Source of the DNA: Actinomycetota bacterium
GTDB taxonomy: Bacteria; Actinomycetota; CADDZG01; JAHWKV01; JBOGWP01
Length of the DNA stretch: 64,000 nt
Direction: 5' to 3'
Assembly: GCA_050693875.1 (NCBI GenBank)
Contig: JBOGWP010000159.1
Span: 6,003-70,002, forward strand
The notes under the pieces were generated by a model. It made no database searches and was not told the DNA's origin. It saw nothing but the letters and a program-made list of their open reading frames with translations. Shown here in pieces: positions 57,806-64,000 of the stretch. The translations under genes were made by a program, and so were the position numbers. The first letter of the stretch is position 1. Each line of letters opens with the position of its first letter.

Positions 57806-60694
57806 GTGGTGAGAGAGGACGAGGCGTCGCCGCCGCCAATCGAAGCGCCTGGCCGGACAGCACGGCGTGCCCGAGGAGGCCGCCTCGGGCTGGTGTTGGC
57901 TCTCGCCGTGGTCACGTTGCCGTTCTTCCAAGTGGCGTTTGAGGGGAAGACCTTCAGCGCCGACGGCTTCGTCCCCGGCGTCAACGGCTTCGATCCCGTT
58001 CCCGGCACCCCCAAGGTCCCGCTGGAACAGCGCTGGATCGACCCGGGGGCATCCGCTTGGCAATTCGAGCCGTGGGCCGAAGTCGTTGGGAGGATGCTCC
58101 ACCAGGGTGATGTGCCGCTCTGGAACCCGTGGCAGGCGCTGGGGACGCCGCTCGCCGCCGCAATGCAGCCTGGGGTCTTTGACCCTCTCCTCGCACCGGT
58201 TCGGATCTGGCCTTCGCAGCTCGCTTGGGACCTCTCGCTCATCGCCAGCATCCTGCTCGGCGCAGCCGCGGCGTACGGGTACGCCCGCCTCCTCGGCCTT
58301 TCGTGGCCGGCATGTCTGACCGCGGCCGCCGGCTTCCTCCTCTCCGGCTTCTTCTTGACCTACACGAACAACCACTTCTTCCGGTCGTACCTCTATCTTC
58401 CAGTTCTGCTGTCCGCGGTCGAGCTGCTTCTTCGGTCTCGTCGTGCGATGCCCGTTGCCCTGCTCGCGCTGGCCGTCGCGGGAAACCTTGTCGTGGGGAT
58501 GCCGGAGGCATCGTTCTTCGTCCTCTCGGCGACCGGCGCCTACGCGTTGTTTCGGATTCTCGTCGGACCCCTCGAGAGCAGCCGATGGAACGTCGTTCTG
58601 CGGATCACCGGAGGGGTCATCATGGGGGTCGCCCTGGCCTCCCCGCTCCTGTTCGCCTTCCTCGAATTCGTGACCCGCTCCTTCAACATCCATGCGGCAG
58701 AGCGCCCCGGCGTCAGGATCGACTCGCCATGGACGCCCCTCGTTTGGGCTCTTCCGCACGTCCAGGATGTCGTGAGGAACTGGAACGGAGTCGCTGTCTT
58801 CGCGCTGGCAGTGGTGGCAGTCTTCTCGATCGGGCGGAACCGGCGTCGTGTCGCATGGTTCTTCCTCGCCCTCGTCGGACTACTGACGCTGAAGATCGTC
58901 GGAAGCCCACTCGTGCAGTGGATCGGCCGCCTGCCGCTCGCGGAACTCGTGATCTTCCCGGTCTTCGCCCTACCCGTCGTGTCCTTCGGGTTGGTCATGC
59001 TGGCGGCGATCGGTGTGCAGGCAGTGATCGATGGCGCGACGAACCGACGACCCTGGCTCCACGCTTCGGCAGTTGCACTGCTGCTCGCCTCCGTGCTGGC
59101 GCTCGCCGCAGTGGCCGCTCCGGCCGGCAAGCGTCGCGGTGAACCCGCGGTCCCGATCCGGGCGGCACTACCCGCTGTTGCCGGTTCTTCGCTGGTGATT
59201 GCTGGGCTGCTGGTCCGGCGGGGGCGCGCCGGGGGGCTTCTGGTCGCCTCGGGCGTGATCGTGGAGCTCCTCCTCCTGGCGCCCAGGGGAGGATACCTCG
59301 ACCGCTACGACCCCTACCATCCTCCCGCGTGGCTCGAGCGGCTTCGACAGGATGCCGCCATCCACCCCAATGGGCGGATGTATGGGTACGACGGGAAGCT
59401 GTACCCGAACACGGCCGGGGTGTTCGGCTTGTACGACATCCGTTCGCTCGACGCCCTCTACGTCGACCGCTACATGGCCTACATGCGGGCGTTCGTCGAG
59501 CCCGAGGTTCGCGACCGATTCACCGGGGTCCCCGCGGACCAATGGACGCCGCCGCATGTTCGTGACAACCCGATGTTCGACCTCCTCGGTGTCCGCTACC
59601 TCGTCACGAGCGGGACAAGGCCGTGGAGTCGTGTGATCGAGGAGATCTTCGAACGGCGCGAATCCAACCCCGCGTTCCGCCCCGCCGTCTTCGACATCCG
59701 TGGGGACCGCAGGCACGTGCTGTTCCTGCACAGCACCCAGGAGGTGGCCTATCCGGTGGAGACGATGCAGCTTGCTCGAGTCCGGTTCGGTTATGCGGTC
59801 GATCCCTCGGCGTGGAGCGACCCGACCGCGGACGGCGTCGCCCTGTCCTTGAGTGCGGTAGGCGGAGACGGAAAGAGGCGCCAGGTCTGGGAGGGTGAGT
59901 ACGTGCCGCGCAGCGACCCCGTCCTCCCGGAATGGCGAGAGGCGGAGATCGACCTCTCGAGGCTTTCCGGGCCGATCACCTCGCTCGTTTTCAGGACCGA
60001 CGCGAGAGGCAACGGCGCCCACGACTGGGCCGGCTGGGCCGAGATCCAGCTGCTCGACGCGGGGGGGAAGCCGATCTCTGATGACGGGCTGCGAGAGGTC
60101 GCGCGGTTTCACGACGCTGCCGTCTTCGGCTGGGATCGGGCCTTGCCGAGGGCGTTCCTCGTCGGGCGCGTGCAGCCTGCTCGAGACCTCGATGATGCCC
60201 TCGAGCTGTTCCGCGCCCGGGGAAGGCGCTTCCCCGACGGTTGGGTGCAGGTGACGGAGTTCGATCCCCGGCGCGAGGCGGTGGTCGAGCGTTCACGGGA
60301 GCTGCCCGCGGCGCTCGTGACTGGACAGGGCGGAGGGGATCCGCCGGGAACCGCCCGCATCCTCGCTTATTCGAGCAACCGGGTCGTGATCGAGACCGAC
60401 GCTGCCAGGCCGGGACTCTTGGTGCTCACGGACACCTACTACCCGGGCTGGGTGGCATCGGTGAAGGGCCGCGAGGCGCCGGTCGTTCCTACCAACGTGC
60501 TGTTCCGAGGCGTTCCGGTGCCCGCCGGCCGCTCGCTGGTCGTGTTGAAGTACCAGCCTGGACCCTTCCGAGTCGGGACGGTTCTGGCCACCATCTCTCT
60601 GCTGGCACTTCTCGCGTTCGTGCTCGGAGACATGGTGGTCCATCGGCGGCAGACGTCCCTGGACCGCGTGCCATACGCGGGTAGGCGCGGCTGA
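57806..60694 (+). CDS. large polytopic membrane protein, YfhO-like GT-C glycosyltransferase candidate
   Basis: About 960 aa. At least 12 TM helices in the N-terminal half, a large extracytoplasmic C-terminal domain, and a terminal TM helix (VGTVLATISLLALLAFVLG). This is the YfhO family architecture. Confidence 0.45.
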   Translation: MVREDEASPPPIEAPGRTARRARGGRLGLVLALAVVTLPFFQVAFEGKTFSADGFVPGVNGFDPVPGTPKVPLEQRWIDPGASAWQFEPWAEVVGRMLHQGDVPLWNPWQALGTPLAAAMQPGVFDPLLAPVRIWPSQLAWDLSLIASILLGAAAAYGYARLLGLSWPACLTAAAGFLLSGFFLTYTNNHFFRSYLYLPVLLSAVELLLRSRRAMPVALLALAVAGNLVVGMPEASFFVLSATGAYALFRILVGPLESSRWNVVLRITGGVIMGVALASPLLFAFLEFVTRSFNIHAAERPGVRIDSPWTPLVWALPHVQDVVRNWNGVAVFALAVVAVFSIGRNRRRVAWFFLALVGLLTLKIVGSPLVQWIGRLPLAELVIFPVFALPVVSFGLVMLAAIGVQAVIDGATNRRPWLHASAVALLLASVLALAAVAAPAGKRRGEPAVPIRAALPAVAGSSLVIAGLLVRRGRAGGLLVASGVIVELLLLAPRGGYLDRYDPYHPPAWLERLRQDAAIHPNGRMYGYDGKLYPNTAGVFGLYDIRSLDALYVDRYMAYMRAFVEPEVRDRFTGVPADQWTPPHVRDNPMFDLLGVRYLVTSGTRPWSRVIEEIFERRESNPAFRPAVFDIRGDRRHVLFLHSTQEVAYPVETMQLARVRFGYAVDPSAWSDPTADGVALSLSAVGGDGKRRQVWEGEYVPRSDPVLPEWREAEIDLSRLSGPITSLVFRTDARGNGAHDWAGWAEIQLLDAGGKPISDDGLREVARFHDAAVFGWDRALPRAFLVGRVQPARDLDDALELFRARGRRFPDGWVQVTEFDPRREAVVERSRELPAALVTGQGGGDPPGTARILAYSSNRVVIETDAARPGLLVLTDTYYPGWVASVKGREAPVVPTNVLFRGVPVPAGRSLVVLKYQPGPFRVGTVLATISLLALLAFVLGDMVVHRRQTSLDRVPYAGRRG

Positions 60695-60764
60695 CATACG
60701 TTGATGGGGCCCAGTGACGAAGAGGTTCGGGGTGCCGAGGCTATTCGTGAGTCGCGCCGCCAGC

Positions 60765-61601
60765 TCAGCGTGCTGATCGCTTGCGTTCGACCCCGCTGGT
60801 CGCTCGCTCTCGAGGTCGGCGCGGCCGGCGCAAAGGCTGATCCGGAGGCCGCAGGGGGCTGACCCGAAAGCGAACCAGGGCGACGACCCAGGTGAGCGGA
60901 TCCCGAACGAACCGCACCTTCTTCCCCCGGTCGTATCCGCGGGAGACGTATGTGATCGGGACCTCAATGGGCTGAAAGCCGAGGCGGACGAGCTTCCCTA
61001 CGAGCTCCCAGTCGAAGTCGAATCGATCGGCGACAAACTCGACGTCGGCGATGCACTTCGTCCGAAACACCTTGTACATGGTGAAGGGGTCGCGGAGGCG
61101 AGTTCCGTAGACCACGTTGAACAGCCAGGTGAAGACCCAGTGCGCCGCGTTCATGACGCGGCTCACCAGCCTCACGTCCCCGAACTCCCGCATGGCCTTG
61201 CCCGGCGCGTGGCGGCAGCCGAGCACGAAATCCCCCTGACCGGAGAGGATCGGCTCGAGCACGACCGGATAATCTTCGATGCGGTACTCGAGGTCTGCGT
61301 CCTGGATCAGCACGATGTCGCCCGAGGCGTGCTGGAGACCCTCACGGACGGCGTTTCCCTTCCCCCGAGGCCGATCCTGCTCGATGAGCTTCACCCGGCC
61401 ATCTGAGGCGTAACGCCTGCAGATTTCTCGCGTGCCGTCGGCCGATCCGCTCTCGACGACGATCAGCTCGATGTCGACGCCGGTGATCGACTGGGCCAGG
61501 ACCTGCTCGATCACGGTCCCGACGGTTGCTGCCTCGTTATAGGCGGCCATGACCACCGACAGGGTCGTGCGGCCCGGGCCTCCCCCCAGATCGGCGCTCA
61601 C
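60765..61601 (-). CDS. glycosyltransferase family 2 (DPM1/polyprenol-phosphate glycosyltransferase-like)
   Basis: LSVVMAAYNEAATV...ELIVVESGSADGT...IQDADLEY. GTG start overlaps the gmhA stop (GTGA). The 550-aa ORF in the track is an N-terminal shadow across gmhA. Confidence 0.75.
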   Translation of the reverse strand: MSADLGGGPGRTTLSVVMAAYNEAATVGTVIEQVLAQSITGVDIELIVVESGSADGTREICRRYASDGRVKLIEQDRPRGKGNAVREGLQHASGDIVLIQDADLEYRIEDYPVVLEPILSGQGDFVLGCRHAPGKAMREFGDVRLVSRVMNAAHWVFTWLFNVVYGTRLRDPFTMYKVFRTKCIADVEFVADRFDFDWELVGKLVRLGFQPIEVPITYVSRGYDRGKKVRFVRDPLTWVVALVRFRVSPLRPPDQPLRRPRRPRERATSGVERKRSAR

Positions 61602-62233
61602 CGGGTAGGGGCCTGGGCGACTCTGGCTGCGTCCAGCGACTCCCACCGCGGCGCCGACCGAAGGAGGTCGGGATGAGTCACCAGTAGGTGCCAGAAGACC
61701 GCCTGCATCCCCTCGGTGTGGGCGGTGACGTTCGCAGGGTTTACCGTCGGGACGAGGATGCAGGCATCGGCGGCGGCGCGAAGGTATCCTCCATCCCTCC
61801 CGACGATCCCGGTGACCGAGGCGCCTGCCTCCTTCGCGGTCCGGATTGCTTTGACGAGGTTCATGCTCACCCCGCGCTCCGCGTCGCCACCGCCGACCGA
61901 GAACACGAAGAGACAGTCGCCGGACCGGATGCGGGACCCGATGAGCCAATTCGAGTAGGCGACCTCCCATCCCTCGTCGTTCACCCGGGCGGTGAGCTCG
62001 GCGACATTGTCGTTCGGGCAGTACGCCTCGAAGCCGGCCAGCTTCCGGAAGTCGCAGGTCGCGTGGGAGGCGTGCGCCGCTCCTCCGCCCGACCCACAGA
62101 GAAAGAGCCGCCCGCCGCGATCGCGTGTGCTCCGCAGGACGCGCACGACCTCCTCCACGTCGGACGGCGGAGCAATGCCGAGTATTGAGGCGGACTCGGC
62201 CAGGAATGCCTCGGTGAAAGAGGGCCGCTGCAC
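61598..62233 (-). CDS. gmhA: D-sedoheptulose 7-phosphate isomerase (SIS domain)
   Basis: SIS fold with RLFLCGSGGGAAHASHATCD and CLFVFSVGGGDAERGVSMNLVKA. Confidence 0.75.
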   Translation of the reverse strand: MQRPSFTEAFLAESASILGIAPPSDVEEVVRVLRSTRDRGGRLFLCGSGGGAAHASHATCDFRKLAGFEAYCPNDNVAELTARVNDEGWEVAYSNWLIGSRIRSGDCLFVFSVGGGDAERGVSMNLVKAIRTAKEAGASVTGIVGRDGGYLRAAADACILVPTVNPANVTAHTEGMQAVFWHLLVTHPDLLRSAPRWESLDAARVAQAPTR

Positions 62234-62447
62234 GCGTTGGCATTCTATGTGACGAAGCGGCCGCCGGTCGGGACCCCTCTCTCGTTCCCATCATGCCGGC
62301 CGGGGGCGTCCCTGATCCGGATATGCTATGCAGCCATCCTGAGCAGCCTCCGAGAGGTGCCGAGGAGATCCCCACTCGTGGATCCACATCAGCTGCCCCA
62401 GCACGACTCACTGCCATCGGAGAGCCAACTCCCTCACGATGGGGAGC

Positions 62448-64000
62448 GAATGGTCCCCGACCTCGACCGGGAGGGCCTGATCTACGTCGAGCACGTCGTC
62501 CGGTACCGTTTCGCCGCCCAGCTCGTCGAGGGCAAACGCGTTCTCGACGTGGCGTGCGGCGCGGGGTATGGGTGCGCCACGCTTTCGAACGCGGGTGCCG
62601 CGGAGGTCGTCGGTGTCGACCGTGCGGCGGCTGCGGTGGAATACGCGCACCGCCGCTACGGGGGGATGGGGCGTCGCTTCCTTGCTTGCAACGCCACCCA
62701 GATGCCGTTCGCAGCGGGCTCGTTCGACGTCGTGATCTCGTTCGAGACCCTGGAGCACCTGGGCGAGCAGGCGCGCTTCGTGGACGAGGTGCGACGGGTT
62801 CTGGGAGACGACGGCCTCTTCGTGTTGTCGACTCCGAACCGGCTCCGGTATCCGAAGGGCAACCCGTTTCATGTCCACGAGCTGGACGACGTCGAGTTCG
62901 AGGCCTTTCTGCGGGGACGGTTTCGGCACGTCGAGCTCCTGGCCCAGGACAATTGGACCGCGGGGGCGATCCTCCGCCCCTCGACCAAGGTGGACGATGG
63001 CGACGGCCCCAGGCCGCGGGTCACGGTCGACGGGGGGGTCAGCGAGGAGCCCCTGGGCCCCCTCTACCTGCTCGCGATTTGCTCGGACGGGCCTCTTCCC
63101 GAGCCCCTCGAGCGCGTGATGCTCGCGCGGATCCCGCCCCAAGAGCTGTTGATGTACCTCGCTCGAGACGACGAGCTACGCGCGGTCCGGAGCCAGCGCG
63201 ACGAGTGGGAGTCTCAGGCGCGCGCCCTGGAGCGCGACCGTGACCGATGGGCGACGGAAGCCGCAGCTCTCGGGGAGGACCGGGACGGGTGGGCCGCTGA
63301 GGCGGCCGCCGTCCGGGAGAACCGGGACGGGCTGGCGGGAGACGTGGCCTGGCTCAAGGCAGAGCTTCTGGGCGCGAACATCCGGTTGGAATCCGCCGAG
63401 CGGCTCGCCCAGCGCCGGCAGGTTGCACTCGCCGCGCTGGAGTCCGAAGCCGTCGGCCTGCACGGCGACATCAGGCTTCTCGGGGAGGAGCTTGCAGCGC
63501 TGCGAGGGGCGCGTACGTTCGCGCTGGCCGCGCGCATCGGACGCGCGGCGGGCAGCCTGCTCCCCCCCGGGTCTTCCCAGCGCCGCATGTTGGCGGCCGC
63601 CCGGGCAACGGTGCGCGAACTGGCCGAGACGGGCCGACGCCTCCGCAACGGGTGGCGGACGCCATCCGAGCAGGCGCCGCCCCCCATCGATCAGCAGCGA
63701 GGGTACTCGGAGTGGCGCCAGCTGTACGATGCCACTCCCGACGAGCTGCGGGCTCAACGGGAGACGGCGCTTCGCGCTTCGAATGTCGTCGCCTTCATCT
63801 GCCTCATCGGCGGCGCAGAGGCCACGCCCGAAGGCCAGGCCACCCTGGCGAGCCTTCGTGCGCAGACCTGGCCTTTCTGGTCGTTCGTGTTCGCCTGGGA
63901 GTTCCCGGGTGGACCCGGCGCGGTCGACCCTGAGAAGGTCCGCCAATCGGTCGAGGATTCGGGGCAGGACTTTGTCCTCTTCCTTCGCGCCGGCGACCGG
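62448..64000 (+). CDS. class I SAM-dependent methyltransferase + long coiled-coil protein, 3'-partial
   Basis: Found by direct translation; it is missing from the ORF track because no stop occurs before the window end. Motif I VLDVACGAGYGCATL and VVISFETLEHL, then about 200 aa of heptad-like Arg/Glu/Ala-rich sequence (ERDRDRWATEAAALGEDRDGWAAEAAAVRENRDGLAGDVAWLKAELLGANIRLESAERLAQ). Confidence 0.65.

Noticed and set aside
61602-62417. N-terminal extension of the 550-aa minus ORF 60765-62417
   Set aside because: It overlaps gmhA (61598-62233), which has a clear SIS fold in another frame. The GT2 gene starts at the GTG at 61601.
62408-63243. ORFs 62408-63142 (minus) and 62293-63243 (plus) from the track
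   Set aside because: Both are shadows of the real plus-strand methyltransferase/coiled-coil gene starting at 62448, which the track omits. Neither shadow has motifs.
1-64000. Mobile elements, prophage genes, toxin-antitoxin or defence systems, rRNA/tRNA
   Set aside because: I could recognise no transposase, integrase, recombinase, phage structural, nuclease/helicase/ATPase or tRNA-like cloverleaf sequences by eye. Absence is not proven without tRNAscan or Infernal.

Overview
This 64-kb window is very GC-rich (about 70%) and looks like high-GC Gram-positive DNA. Many genes use GTG or TTG starts and overlap their neighbours by 4 bp. Almost the whole window is cell-envelope and surface-glycan biology.

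Positions 1-7.6 kb hold housekeeping genes: a partial acyl-CoA synthetase, panB, a hydrolase, a VOC protein, a CBS protein, and rmlB-rmlC-rmlA for dTDP-rhamnose.

Positions 8.6-12.7 kb hold a Csc-like cell-surface cluster: two DUF916-like membrane-anchored proteins, two WxL-like Ser/Thr-rich secreted proteins and a small LPXTG-like anchored protein.

Positions 14-19.3 kb hold glpA-like, glpK, a nucleotide-sugar dehydrogenase and a GT4 glycosyltransferase.

The centre, 19.3-42.1 kb, is the most unusual part. Five secreted proteins carry unrelated heads: an Ig-like domain, a tandem Cu/Zn-SOD, an Amidase_2/PGRP domain, a SpoIID/LytB domain and a seven-blade FG-GAP propeller. All five end in the same C-terminal module of 4-6 tandem ~38-aa repeats, and two carry 6 (core GYW(L/M)[32 protein letters not shown]). 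Degenerate copies of the repeat also lie near 12.9-13.2 kb. These genes are interleaved with three PIG-V-like GT-C mannosyltransferase paralogues, each next to one repeat gene. A Ppm1/DPM1-like GT2, a ChbG/YdjC deacetylase, several methyltransferases and a gmd/rmd pair for GDP-D-rhamnose sit in the same stretch.

Positions 42-64 kb hold an ArnE-like small flippase, clpP, an ArsR + SRPBCC pair with a paired operator, and a pyruvyl-transferase-like gene. They also hold GT2 genes, a complete GDP-D-glycero-alpha-D-manno-heptose pathway (gmhB, hddA, hddC, gmhA), a ugd-like dehydrogenase, an SDR, an epimerase, a MocA oxidoreductase and a YfhO-like GT-C protein. A methyltransferase + coiled-coil protein runs off the 3' end and is absent from the ORF track.

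Two genes (YceI-like and intradiol-dioxygenase-like) are split by single-base frameshifts, some in G-runs. A clpP start problem and a split zinc-ribbon gene add to this, so the window contains either pseudogenes or indel errors.

I recognised no rRNA, tRNA, CRISPR or transposase. The many long Arg/Pro-rich ORFs in the track are antisense or out-of-frame shadows of the GC-rich genes.
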